A DNA stretch of 34,279 nucleotides from Candidatus Hydrogenedentota bacterium (GTDB lineage: Bacteria; Hydrogenedentota; Hydrogenedentia; Hydrogenedentales; SLHB01). Made by a program: the position numbers and the translations under genes. Position 1 is the stretch's first letter. Each line of letters opens with the position of its first letter. The notes under the pieces are model-generated. The model did no database searches. It was not told the DNA's origin and saw only the letters and a list, made by a program, of their open reading frames with translations. The stretch is from positions 1 through 34,279 of the forward strand of contig JAWXCN010000083.1 in NCBI GenBank assembly GCA_034408725.1, in the 5' to 3' direction. Shown piece by piece: positions 1 through 9,217 of this stretch.

Positions 1-735
1 ATCGATCCGGCGAATAGGACTGCATCAAAAACTCCTTTGAATCATACATTTGATCCAGTGTTGCTTCAGCGGCGAATTAGACCGGTGACGCCGAGACCAG
101 TGGCAAGCAAGCGCGTTGCCGCGACGGCAATCACCAAAGCAGAGGGAGCGCAGGGGCTCGATCAGGTCGCCGTCGCTGTGCGCGTGCCGCGTGCCTTCGG
201 CGCGCGAGATCGCGGCACCGTCATTCATGCGTTTCTGGAACGCTGGGATTTCAAGCGCGATCCCGCCGAATCTATTGCACTGGCGCTTCGCGGCGCGGCA
301 GTATCCGAGGAAATAGGTTTGACCCTTACGGCAGACTGCTTGCGCGTTGCCGGGAAAATCCGGGAGCATGCGCTGGGCAGGAAACTTGCAGACGCGAAAT
401 CGCTTGAACGCGAAGTGCCCTTTCTGCTGCAAACGGATGGCGTATTGATCAGTGGAGCGATTGACGCGGTAATAGACAATGCCGTTCTGCTTGATTTCAA
501 AACGGGCACGCCCACTGAAACGGACCGCGCGCAGCATCGTCTCCAACTTCAGTTGTACGCCGCTGCGCTCGAGTCGCTCACGGGCCATCGGGCCCAGGAA
601 GCCTATGTTGTTTACGTGGACGGCGATGGCGAATTTACCGAGGGTGTTGATGTTGCCGAACCGCAACCCCGATTGGCGCTCGAACGCGCGAGCGCGGTTA
701 TCAAATCCATGAACACGATTGGTCAGTCTACTTGA
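1..735 (+). CDS. C-terminal PD-(D/E)xK nuclease domain of an AddA/RecB-like (UvrD family) helicase-nuclease, 5' partial
   Basis: Frame is open from base 1. RecB-family nuclease motifs: RGTVIHAFLE, EREVPF, SGAIDAV, LLDFKTG, QLQLYAAAL. No Fe-S cysteines, so AddA-like rather than AddB/Cas4. Confidence 0.8.
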   Translation: MDPANRTASKTPLNHTFDPVLLQRRIRPVTPRPVASKRVAATAITKAEGAQGLDQVAVAVRVPRAFGARDRGTVIHAFLERWDFKRDPAESIALALRGAAVSEEIGLTLTADCLRVAGKIREHALGRKLADAKSLEREVPFLLQTDGVLISGAIDAVIDNAVLLDFKTGTPTETDRAQHRLQLQLYAAALESLTGHRAQEAYVVYVDGDGEFTEGVDVAEPQPRLALERASAVIKSMNTIGQST

Positions 736-1625
736 GATTCATGGCGATTGCTGCGCTGTTCCTGTTCGCATCAATGCCCTGCATTGGCGACGTGCTCACC
801 GGGGGCATATACGAGGTCTATCATGAACCGCAAGATGCCGCACTCGCCGAATCGACATTACAAACGCTGATCGCGTCGCAAACGCAGTTTGAAGATGAGT
901 TTCCCAACACGCCGCAACGCATCACGGTCCATCTCTGTGCAAGTTACGACGAGTTCGCGGTGTATGCCGGCCACCTTGCGACTCAATCTATTGTTGGCGT
1001 TGCCAAGCTTAATGAAGATGTCATCGCGATAAAAACTCCCGGTATTGCACCACAAGGCGCGGACTATACGGGCACATTGCGCCATGAACTGGTGCATATT
1101 CTGCTCCATCACAACGTAAATACGGACAACGTCCCCCGATGGTTGAACGAGGGCATCGCAATGGTATTGTCCGGCGAAAACCGTTGGGCGAGCCGCGCAA
1201 CGGTGGCGTCCATGTACCTGAACGGGCGGACGCTTTCCTACCGGGAATTGGAAGCTTCATTTCTTGAGCCGGGTCAGGAAATGGAGTTTGGCGAGGCCTA
1301 CGCGCAGGCGTACTCGATGACGCAATACTTGATGCGGGAATTGGGCGAGGGCGCATTTTGGCCGTTCGTGCGATCCTTGAACAGCCGTTCTTTCGGCGAA
1401 GCAGTTGAGGCGGAACTCGGACAAATTCCGCACGACTTTGCGGTTTCCTGGAATAGTTCGCTGGGTTGGTCAGCGATTGCCTATTCGGTGGTTTCCGGAC
1501 TTTCCGCTTTCCAGATTATGGCGATACTGACGATCTGGGCGTACTTGCGGCGGCGCCGGCACGCGCTAACCAAACTCAAGCAATGGGAATCCGAAGAAGC
1601 GGATGATGAAACAGCAACCCCGTAA
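732..1625 (+). CDS. Peptidase MA-family (gluzincin-like) metalloprotease, signal peptide and C-terminal membrane anchor
   Basis: RHELVH (HExxH) followed by PRWLNEGIA. Hydrophobic N-terminus, and a C-terminal TM segment followed by RRRR. TTG start overlaps the upstream stop; ATG at 741 is an alternative. Confidence 0.8.
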   Translation: MRFMAIAALFLFASMPCIGDVLTGGIYEVYHEPQDAALAESTLQTLIASQTQFEDEFPNTPQRITVHLCASYDEFAVYAGHLATQSIVGVAKLNEDVIAIKTPGIAPQGADYTGTLRHELVHILLHHNVNTDNVPRWLNEGIAMVLSGENRWASRATVASMYLNGRTLSYRELEASFLEPGQEMEFGEAYAQAYSMTQYLMRELGEGAFWPFVRSLNSRSFGEAVEAELGQIPHDFAVSWNSSLGWSAIAYSVVSGLSAFQIMAILTIWAYLRRRRHALTKLKQWESEEADDETATP

Positions 1626-3741
1626 GAGAAACATTGCTGCCAATCCACGGGATAGGGCACAATCGAGCCGGGGCAAAGAGCAAAAGAGAGCGGCATTGAT
1701 CGACGTTGAGAAGTTGACAGTCCAGCCCGGTCGCGGGCGGCCCATGGGCGCGATTTTGGACGGGACGGGGGTACAGTTCGCGCTGTTTAGCAGGCATGCA
1801 ACGCAGGTCTGGCTTTTGTTTTTTGACGACGTTAACGCGACTTCTCCGGTATTTGAAGCACACCTTGATCCCAAAAAAGATCGGATCGGCGATGTATGGA
1901 CTGTTCGCGTGGAAGGGGTGGGCGAAGGAACGCTTTACTGTTACCGCGTGCAAGGCCCACAGGAGCCGCGCGCCGGCCATTTTTTTGATGGCACGCAACA
2001 TTTGCTCGATCCGTTCGCGCGAAGTATTGCGGGCGATCCGAGCACGCACCGGGCAAAAAGTGTCGTCATGCGGGACGGTCCGGGACGCGCGGTGAATAAC
2101 CGGCCCCGAATTCCCATCGATCAAACTATCATCTATGAAATCCACGTCAAGGGAATCACGGCGCATCCATCATCATTGGTACAGGCGCGCGGCACATTCA
2201 AGGGTGTGGCGGAGAAAATTCCTTATTTTCTCGAACTTGGCATCACTGCGGTGGAATTGCTGCCGGTATTCCTGTGTGGAGAACGGGAGTTGCCACGGAT
2301 GAATCCCGCGACAGACCGGGCCCTCACGAATTATTGGGGATACAACACGGTCGGATTCTTTGCGCCGGATACACGGTTTTCGACGAACGGCGACGCTGCC
2401 GCGGCGGTGAACGAATTCCGTGACATGGTTTCGGCGCTGCACGACGCGGGTATCGAAGTGATTCTGGACGTCGTCTACAATCATACGTCGGAAAAAGCCG
2501 CGCCTGCGCCGGCCCAATCGTTTCGCGGCATCGATAACAGCATCTACTACATTCTCGACGATCATGGGGCGTACCGCGACCTGACCGGCTGCGGCAACAC
2601 GTTCAATTGCAATCACCCCGTCGTTCGCGATCTGATCATGGACAGCTTGCGATATTGGGTGACGGAAATGCACGTTGACGGATTTCGATTCGACCTTGCG
2701 TCCGTGCTGCGGCGTGATCGCGGAGGGCATATTCTGCACGAGGGTCCGCTCATCGAGCATATTACCGAGGACCCGATTCTGCGCGAGGTGAAACTGATCG
2801 CCGAGCCCTGGGACTTGGGCGGGGGGTACCTCGTTGGGGCGTTCGGGGGAGAAGCCTGGGCGGAATGGAATTCGCACTACCGCGACGACGTCCGGCGGTT
2901 CTGGCGGGGCGATCATGGCGCCAAAAACAACTTTGCGCTTCGCATCACGGGCAGCCAGGACCTGTACGGCGACGACGGGCGCACGCCATTGCACAGCATC
3001 AATTTTATTACGGCGCACGACGGATTCACGCTACGCGATTTGGTTTCGTACAACACAAAGCACAATCTCGCCAACGGCGAAGACAATCGCGACGGATTGA
3101 ACGAGAACTACAGTTGGAACTGCGGAGTTGAAGGCGAAACAACCGATGCCGCGGTGTTGGCTTTGCGACTGCGCATGCAAAGGAATTTTCTTGCGACCCT
3201 GTTTACATCGTTGGGCGTGCCCATGCTGTTGGGTGGCGACGAATTTGGCCGAACGCAACATGGCAACAACAATGCTTATTGTCAAGACAACGAAATCGCG
3301 TGGCTGGACTGGTCGCTTCTTGAGTCCAATGGGGAACTGGTTGCGTTCTGCAAACAGCTCATCGCGTTTCGCAGGGAGAACCCCGTGTTTTCGAGAAAGA
3401 CCTATTTTACGGGACTTCCGTCGAAGACGGGTGGCGACCCTGATATTTCGTGGTTTGACACGATTCGCGTGCCGCAGACCTGGACGCCGGACAGCCTGCC
3501 GCTGGGGTATTGGATCAACGGGAGCGAAAACGGGGGCGTTGCGCTATATTGCGCATTCAATCCATCCGCCACGATTGAGCGGTTCAAACTGCCGGCCCAA
3601 CTGTGGCGCGTGAGAATTGATACATGGCAGGGTGGCGCATCGGGGGTAAGCGATGCGGAGCATGCGTTGCGCGTGCAGGCCGGCGGGGCGATTCTGGTGC
3701 GACCCAAGTCAATGGTGGTGTTGACAAGCCACGGCGACTGA
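1603..3741 (+). CDS. glgX: Glycogen debranching enzyme GlgX / isoamylase (GH13 with N-terminal CBM48)
   Basis: Hallmark motifs IIYEIHVKG, NYWGYNT, ILDVVYNHT, DGFRFDLAS, LIAEPWD, SINFITAHDGFTL, QHGNNNAYCQDNE. Confidence 0.95.
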   Translation: MMKQQPRKRNIAANPRDRAQSSRGKEQKRAALIDVEKLTVQPGRGRPMGAILDGTGVQFALFSRHATQVWLLFFDDVNATSPVFEAHLDPKKDRIGDVWTVRVEGVGEGTLYCYRVQGPQEPRAGHFFDGTQHLLDPFARSIAGDPSTHRAKSVVMRDGPGRAVNNRPRIPIDQTIIYEIHVKGITAHPSSLVQARGTFKGVAEKIPYFLELGITAVELLPVFLCGERELPRMNPATDRALTNYWGYNTVGFFAPDTRFSTNGDAAAAVNEFRDMVSALHDAGIEVILDVVYNHTSEKAAPAPAQSFRGIDNSIYYILDDHGAYRDLTGCGNTFNCNHPVVRDLIMDSLRYWVTEMHVDGFRFDLASVLRRDRGGHILHEGPLIEHITEDPILREVKLIAEPWDLGGGYLVGAFGGEAWAEWNSHYRDDVRRFWRGDHGAKNNFALRITGSQDLYGDDGRTPLHSINFITAHDGFTLRDLVSYNTKHNLANGEDNRDGLNENYSWNCGVEGETTDAAVLALRLRMQRNFLATLFTSLGVPMLLGGDEFGRTQHGNNNAYCQDNEIAWLDWSLLESNGELVAFCKQLIAFRRENPVFSRKTYFTGLPSKTGGDPDISWFDTIRVPQTWTPDSLPLGYWINGSENGGVALYCAFNPSATIERFKLPAQLWRVRIDTWQGGASGVSDAEHALRVQAGGAILVRPKSMVVLTSHGD

Positions 3742-3748
3742 ACCGTTA

Positions 3749-4618
3749 TTATCGCGCCAAATCAAGAATCGCGTCCAGTCCGGGAGTATCAGGCATTTGG
3801 CCTGCATTCGCCAATACGACGCCGACGATAGCGCAGGCAACGCCAAGGCATAGCAAGACCGCGTATATCGCGAGCCCCGCCTGGACAGTCTTGCGAAGCG
3901 TGCCCGACCAGTTCGCAGAGACCGGCATGGCGGCAATCGCGGTCAATGGCACGCCGAGTGCAAGCGCGAAGAAGAACAGCGTCCCAGTGTATTCCGTCAG
4001 CCAGCCCCAGTCGGCGGGATAGACGAGTTTGGTGCGCATGAGTTGCACATGAGCGTAGTCAATGAAAAACAGAAAGAAGCGCGCGACGGCGTGGAGCAGA
4101 ATCGCGATGCCGAGTAGCGCGCCGCCGGAGCGCAGCACTTTGAACGCATCGACCCGATCCAACCCGCGGCCCTGGACGGTGTAATACTCGTAGACAAAAA
4201 AGCCGAGGTAGGCCCATAGGAGCAGGGGCAATACAAAGGGAATGAAACCGAGCAGGACGGCCAACACTCGCACAACCGTTGGATCAAGATTGAAATGGCG
4301 CGCGATGCCCGCGCATACGCCGAGCCAAAGACGATTGTTCCATGCGAGAAACGTCGCGGGTTCGGGGTCTTGCGCGTCCGCGATGCGTAGGGCCTGGCTC
4401 GCGGGCGTACCATAGCCAGCGAGTAATCGGTCCAGAAATTCATCGCCCGCGGGATCGCCAGTGCGCGTGAGCTCGCGTTCGATCCGTTCATTCAGCCGCG
4501 ACAATGCGCGTTCGCGCTGGTCGCCTGGCAAGTCATGCAGGTGCTCGCCGACTTCGCGGAGATACCGCGCGATCCGGCGTTGTTGCCCCTCGGTAAGCTC
4601 GACGTTTCCCCTTCCCAT
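3749..4618 (-). CDS. PspC-domain membrane protein with N-terminal HAAS-like helical domain
   Basis: PspC signature NRLWLGVCAGIARHFNLDPTVVRVLAVLL. N-terminal YLREVGEHLHDLP...ER...YGTP resembles HAAS/DUF1700. Several C-terminal TM helices. Start trimmed to ATG 4618 because the longer ORF overlaps the divergent gene. Confidence 0.8.
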   Translation of the reverse strand: MGRGNVELTEGQQRRIARYLREVGEHLHDLPGDQRERALSRLNERIERELTRTGDPAGDEFLDRLLAGYGTPASQALRIADAQDPEPATFLAWNNRLWLGVCAGIARHFNLDPTVVRVLAVLLGFIPFVLPLLLWAYLGFFVYEYYTVQGRGLDRVDAFKVLRSGGALLGIAILLHAVARFFLFFIDYAHVQLMRTKLVYPADWGWLTEYTGTLFFFALALGVPLTAIAAMPVSANWSGTLRKTVQAGLAIYAVLLCLGVACAIVGVVLANAGQMPDTPGLDAILDLAR

Positions 4619-4625
4619 GCGCGAG

Positions 4626-4655
4626 AGTATAGCGCAAGACGTGCAAGCAGTGGAA
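4626..4655 (-). promoter_or_regulatory. Candidate sigma70 promoter of the PspC-domain gene (TTCCAC-N18-TATACT), possibly leaderless
   Basis: TATACT at 4631-4626 lies 7 nt upstream of ATG 4618. No SD sequence before that ATG. Confidence 0.35.
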
Positions 4656-4692
4656 CGTACTTGATACACTGTGCGTTTGCAGGAGGAAGCCG

Positions 4693-4899
4693 ATGGTTTA
4701 CGTGAAGACATTCAAAGGGTATGAAGACAAGATTCATGAGATGGATTCGGCTGTCAATGGCTGGGTCGTGAACAATGCGCATCGCGTAAAGACGATACGT
4801 GATATCAAAGCGGTATTGAGCCACGAATCGGGCGGACGCGCCGGATCCGGGGATCTGTTGTACGTGGTGTTGTACGAAGCTTCCGAACCGGTCGCTTGA
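4693..4899 (+). CDS. Small 68-aa hypothetical protein (pattern reminiscent of Cse60-like proteins)
   Basis: Perfect AGGAGG at 4681-4686. Fills the gap between divergent and convergent neighbours exactly. beta-alpha-beta-beta pattern (VKTF...MDSAVNGWV...IRDIK...LLYVVLYE). Confidence 0.7.
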   Translation: MVYVKTFKGYEDKIHEMDSAVNGWVVNNAHRVKTIRDIKAVLSHESGGRAGSGDLLYVVLYEASEPVA

Positions 4900-4901
4900 A
4901 T

Positions 4902-7115
4902 TCAAGTCAGGGGCAACTTTTCGACGTACAGTTTCGGCCTGACGGCATCGTAGGATGCAAGGGCCGCCGCGTATCCTTCGATAATGGATTCTGCGTCATC
5001 GCCGCGTTCGATGCACGAGCGCAGGTGTGGTCCTCCCGCGAGCAGGTCGAAGGAATTTTCCCACGCAAAATGGTTTGGGTGGGTGCGTTTAAGCGCAACG
5101 AGCATTCCGATAGCGAGGGAAAGCGGACGCGCGAGCTGAGCGTTGCGCACCGTTACATGGAAACCGTCGCATCGCTCGTTCTCGTATTTGGGCTGGGCGG
5201 CTTTGCCGGGGATGGCGCGGGGCGTAAAAGTGACCGATTCGATCTCGACACCCCGCAACACTGATTCGGGGACGGCCTCAAGCGTTTTTCGCGCGTTCAC
5301 CCAGGGTGCGCCAAACTGTAGGAATGGGGCGTCTGTCCCGCGGCCTTCACTAAGGTTGCTGCCCTCGAACAGGCAAGTTCCACTGTACAGCAACGCGGTT
5401 TCGGGAGTGGGAATGTTCGGCGACGGCGGCAGCCAGGCCAAACTGCACTCCGAAAACATGCGCTCGACCGGCCAGCTATCGAGCATGCTGATACTCAGAT
5501 TGAGGCCGAGTTCTTTGAGTTCCGTGTCGCGAAAATGCTGGGCGATCTCCCCCATCGTCATTCCGTGCCGGGTAGGCACCGCGCCCCAACAGACGAGGCT
5601 GTCCGTGCGGGACGCGATCGGGCCTTCAATGATTGCTCCTCCGATCGGATTGGGACGGTCGAGCACGAGCACGGGGAGTTTGGCCTCCGCGCACGCCTTC
5701 AGACAAGCCTTCATCGTGGCGGGATAAGTATAAAACCGCGCGCCGACGTCCTGGAGATCTATTACGAATACGTCGAGTCCCTGCAGTTCCTCTCGCGTGG
5801 GCGCTGTGCGGTTTCCATAGAGACTCACGACGGGAACGGCAGATCGTTGTGCGCCGACTGCGGCACCGGCCTCGGCCTGACCCCGTATTCCGTGCTCGGG
5901 GCTGAACAGGCGGGTGAGGCGCACATCGGGCGCAAGCGCCAGGACATCGAGAACATGCCGGCCAAGCTGATCTATCGCGGCGTGGTGCGTGAGCAGACCG
6001 ATTCGCTCACCGCGCAGATCGCGAAAATCCTCTCGGACGAGCCGATCCAGTCCCGTGTGTGTGTTCGCTGATTCGGGATAGTAGCGTTTGCCGATGCCGC
6101 CATAGAAAACTTTACGAAGTGATTCGTTGTCGCGTGTAGCTCGCGAAGGATGGCAGGTATTGCTTAATAGGATGGCAAAGCGACTGGTGCGTTGATCGAT
6201 CCAGACTGAGGTTCCTGTCCAACCGGCGTGTCCCATGGAGTCGCGCGTGGGCAGAAATCCGAAGTTTTTCGTGGTCCACGCGTCGAGTTGCCAACCGAGT
6301 CCCTGCCAGGGCCATGCGCGGGTTGCGCCGAGTTCGCTCATCAGGGCGACAGTTTCCAGTTTTAAGATGCGGCCGGTGAGCAGCGCGCGTATATAGGCCG
6401 CGATATCGCCGGACGTGCTGAACAGTCCGGCATGACCCGCGACGCCGCCGACGGCGTAGGCGTTTTCGTCGTGTACTTCGCCGCGCATCATTTTTCCGCG
6501 CCATGGACATTGCTCGGTGGCCGCGCACCGATCGGCCCAGTTGGCCGGCGGGTTATACGCGGTGTTTTTGAGTTCGAGCGGATCAAAGATTCGTTTCTTG
6601 CAGAATGTATCGAGTGTCATGCCTGAAACGCGCTCGACGATACGTCCCAGTATCATGTAACCGACATCAGAGTAGAGCCATCGCGTGCCGGGGGGCCAGG
6701 TGAGTGAAATCGCGGCATAGCGTTCCAGCATGGCGTCGATGGTGTTGAGCTCTTTGTAAAATGGCCGTCCGGGATTGAGACCCGCGGTGTGCGTGAGGCA
6801 GTGCAGCGCCGAGATGGCGCTAAACGCGGGAATGGGCAAAATAGACGACACCGGGGCATCGATATCGAGCTTGCCCGCCTCGTGTAAGAGGAGTATCGAG
6901 GTCGCGGTTGCCATTACCTTGGTGACGGAAGCCAGGTCGTAGATGGTGTCGAGTTCGGCGGGCAATTCAGAAGGCACAGTCTGGCGCGCGCCGACGGCCA
7001 CGTGCGCGTGCGTATGTTCGAGGTCGCCAACGTACGCTACCGCACCGGGGGCACGCGCCTGCAGGACTGCGTTCTGAAGTATGGCGCGAATCTGCTCGTG
7101 AAGGGGATTGATCAT
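4902..7115 (-). CDS. Fusion of a beta-lactamase-family serine hydrolase (AmiE/AmpC-like) and DUF1343 exo-beta-N-acetylmuramidase (NamZ)
   Basis: N-half has ASVTK (SxxK), YSD, GEVHDENA, GHAGLFS, GHAGWTG. C-half has LFSPEHG, DLQDVGARFYTY, LDRPNP, RHGMTMGE, PPSPNIP, SEGRGT. ATG 7115 overlaps the upstream TGA (ATGA). Confidence 0.9.
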   Translation of the reverse strand: MINPLHEQIRAILQNAVLQARAPGAVAYVGDLEHTHAHVAVGARQTVPSELPAELDTIYDLASVTKVMATATSILLLHEAGKLDIDAPVSSILPIPAFSAISALHCLTHTAGLNPGRPFYKELNTIDAMLERYAAISLTWPPGTRWLYSDVGYMILGRIVERVSGMTLDTFCKKRIFDPLELKNTAYNPPANWADRCAATEQCPWRGKMMRGEVHDENAYAVGGVAGHAGLFSTSGDIAAYIRALLTGRILKLETVALMSELGATRAWPWQGLGWQLDAWTTKNFGFLPTRDSMGHAGWTGTSVWIDQRTSRFAILLSNTCHPSRATRDNESLRKVFYGGIGKRYYPESANTHTGLDRLVREDFRDLRGERIGLLTHHAAIDQLGRHVLDVLALAPDVRLTRLFSPEHGIRGQAEAGAAVGAQRSAVPVVSLYGNRTAPTREELQGLDVFVIDLQDVGARFYTYPATMKACLKACAEAKLPVLVLDRPNPIGGAIIEGPIASRTDSLVCWGAVPTRHGMTMGEIAQHFRDTELKELGLNLSISMLDSWPVERMFSECSLAWLPPSPNIPTPETALLYSGTCLFEGSNLSEGRGTDAPFLQFGAPWVNARKTLEAVPESVLRGVEIESVTFTPRAIPGKAAQPKYENERCDGFHVTVRNAQLARPLSLAIGMLVALKRTHPNHFAWENSFDLLAGGPHLRSCIERGDDAESIIEGYAAALASYDAVRPKLYVEKLPLT

Positions 7116-7996
7116 CGGAGCGCGCCGTGGCACATGCCATGCCGCAGATCGTGTAGAAATGCCGAGTCGAATGCGCGCGGAGAACCGGTGTTGCTGTCCG
7201 TGCAACAAACCTGTATCCGCGCGCGCGCCAGTTCGGCGTTGTCTCGCATTCGATGCAGGGCAACATGACGCAGCGCGGTGGATTCCGTGACATCGGAAAA
7301 CCACGTCGTGATTTCAAGGTCGTCGGAATGCATCGCTGGAGCGCGATACTCGAGGCGGCAAGATTTCATGTCGAGCGTGAATCCCTCATCGCGCATGCGC
7401 ATGGGTGGCCATCCAAACGCGCGCAACGCTTCGACGGCGCAGTCTTCACTGTAGGCAAGATAGACGGAGTTATTAACATGGTGCGCGGGGTCGATATCGC
7501 GCCAATCGACGCGGCGGCGTTGCGTGAATGCTTCCGCGGGCGGAGATGGCGGCGCGGGAAACCGGTCGCGCGGTTCGTCTGACGGGACGCTTCCGGGAAA
7601 GAAGGCATCGCGGATTGCCTGTGGGATACGCGCGGGTTTGCCGCTCGCGCTTTCAATAAATGCCCAATCCGTTTCCGCTCGCGCGACCAGCGCATTATCG
7701 GCCACGCGGTGGAGCTCGTAGACGCGCTTGGACAAGGCCTGGCGCATGTTGCGCACACGAGTGCCCACGCGCACGGAATCGCCGTACCGCAAGGGTTGAA
7801 AGAATTCGATGTGCGTGTCGCGCACGAACCAGATAAAGCCATTCGCGAGGTACCAGTCGCCCCCGAATCCCGCGACTGCGCTTGCGTCCATCGCAGTTTC
7901 CTGAATGTAGCGGAGGTAGTTGGTATGACTGACACGGTCAAATGCGTCGCATTCATAGTGTCGCACGCGAAAAATCCGTTCGTGCTGCATGGACAT
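7112..7996 (-). CDS. Double hotdog-fold acyl-CoA/acyl-ACP thioesterase (two 4HBT/YbgC-like domains)
   Basis: Two repeats of the family motif: YECDAFDRVSHTNYLRY and RDIDPAHHVNNSVYLAY, each followed by an EF/EY..P..Y/H.D.V/L strand pattern. Confidence 0.88.
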   Translation of the reverse strand: MSMQHERIFRVRHYECDAFDRVSHTNYLRYIQETAMDASAVAGFGGDWYLANGFIWFVRDTHIEFFQPLRYGDSVRVGTRVRNMRQALSKRVYELHRVADNALVARAETDWAFIESASGKPARIPQAIRDAFFPGSVPSDEPRDRFPAPPSPPAEAFTQRRRVDWRDIDPAHHVNNSVYLAYSEDCAVEALRAFGWPPMRMRDEGFTLDMKSCRLEYRAPAMHSDDLEITTWFSDVTESTALRHVALHRMRDNAELARARIQVCCTDSNTGSPRAFDSAFLHDLRHGMCHGALR

Positions 7997-8000
7997 AGGA

Positions 8001-9167
8001 TTACGAATACGCCTTGATGCCGGTAAGCTCGCTTCCGAGGACTAGCGTGTGGATGTGTTCCGTACCTTCATAGGTGATCACAGTTTCGAGATCGACCATG
8101 CGGCGCATCACGTGCGTGGCTGTCAGAATGCCATTGGCTCCGAGGAGTTCGCGACAGGTGCGCGCAATCTCGATGGCCTTGCGGCAGTTCATCATCTTTG
8201 CGAGAGAAATCTGCGCGGGTTTTTCCTCGCCACGCGCCTTGATATCGGCCAGTCTCCGGGCAATTAGCTGCATGGCCGTGAGTTCGGCGGCCATCCACGC
8301 GAGTTTGTGCTGGATCAATTGATGGCTGGCCAGCGGTTTGCCGTCGAACTGCGGGCGCTGCTTAAGGTACGCGATGGTCTCTTCGAGACAGGCTTGTGCC
8401 GCGCCGATGACGCCCCATGCGATGCTGTAGCGCGCCTGGTTCAGACAGCTCATTGCCGCGCCCAGCGAGCGGGCGCCGGGTAACAGCGCGGTCGAGGGCA
8501 GTGCGACATCGTGAAAGAGAATCTCCGCGGTTTCGCTCGTACGAAAGCTGACTTTTCCTTTTATCGGCCGCACTTCGATGCCTGGCAGATTCAGTTCGAC
8601 GAGAAACCCGGTTACGCGGCCTTCGAGTTTCGCCCACACAATCGCGATGTCCGCCACGACGGCGTTCGTGGCCCAACGTTTGTGGCCGTTCAACGTGAAT
8701 CCGCCGGTTGTGGCGACTGCCTGAGTTTCCATGCCGGCGGGATTACTGCCGAAGTTTGGCTCGGTGAGCGCGAAACAACCGATGGCTTCGAGTTTGCTTA
8801 ACGGCGCGAGCCAGCGTTTGCGTTGCTCATCGGCGCCGAAGGTCTTGATGGGGTAGATCACCAATCCGCCTTGCACACTTATGACACTGCGCAGCGTGGA
8901 ACTCCCCCGCTCCAATTCACGCATGGCGGCGCCGTAGGCCACGGGGTCTGGCGAGTCGTCCAGCAGCATTTCGAGGATGCTCAATTTCCCCAGCGCGGGC
9001 GTGAGATGGCGCATCGGTTCTTCTCGGTCATGGTAGTCCGCGATATTGGGCAATACTTCGGCATCGACAAACGCGCGGACGCGTTGCGCGATGGCTTGTT
9101 GCGCAGGCGTCAATTCGTCGTCGAGCGCGAATAAATCTACTGGAACGCGATTGTTTGGCATGGACAT
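8001..9167 (-). CDS. Acyl-CoA dehydrogenase, glutaryl-CoA dehydrogenase-like
   Basis: GCFALTEPNFGSNP, LNGHKRWATN, LNQARYSIAWG, LLGANGI, ITYEGT (catalytic Glu). Start at ATG 9167 or 9161. Confidence 0.92.
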   Translation of the reverse strand: MSMPNNRVPVDLFALDDELTPAQQAIAQRVRAFVDAEVLPNIADYHDREEPMRHLTPALGKLSILEMLLDDSPDPVAYGAAMRELERGSSTLRSVISVQGGLVIYPIKTFGADEQRKRWLAPLSKLEAIGCFALTEPNFGSNPAGMETQAVATTGGFTLNGHKRWATNAVVADIAIVWAKLEGRVTGFLVELNLPGIEVRPIKGKVSFRTSETAEILFHDVALPSTALLPGARSLGAAMSCLNQARYSIAWGVIGAAQACLEETIAYLKQRPQFDGKPLASHQLIQHKLAWMAAELTAMQLIARRLADIKARGEEKPAQISLAKMMNCRKAIEIARTCRELLGANGILTATHVMRRMVDLETVITYEGTEHIHTLVLGSELTGIKAYS

Positions 9168-9185
9168 CTTTCCATAATGGGCGCA

Positions 9186-9214
9186 ATCATAAACGAAACA
9201 AACCGGCAGGCCAA
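9186..9214 (-). promoter_or_regulatory. Candidate internal sigma70 promoter (TTGGCC-N17-TATGAT) for the ACAD-thioesterase-NamZ genes
   Basis: Hexamers with 17-nt spacing in the short gap between the sulfatase-like gene stop and the ACAD start. Confidence 0.35.
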
Positions 9215-9217
9215 TGT

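Noticed and set aside
1-735. Cas4 or stand-alone restriction nuclease
   Set aside because: No Fe-S cysteine cluster and no cas genes or array. The frame is open off the window edge and the motifs fit an AddA/RecB C-terminus.
2173-3018. Long antisense/overlapping ORFs (for example 2173-3018, 11433-12245, 15106-15972, 28287-29117, 33297-33995)
   Set aside because: Shadow frames of well-supported genes in high-GC DNA, with no motifs of their own.
6060-7115. Class C beta-lactamase resistance gene
   Set aside because: YSD and HAG replace the YxN and KTG motifs, there is no signal peptide, and it is fused to NamZ. A cell-wall-recycling hydrolase is more plausible.
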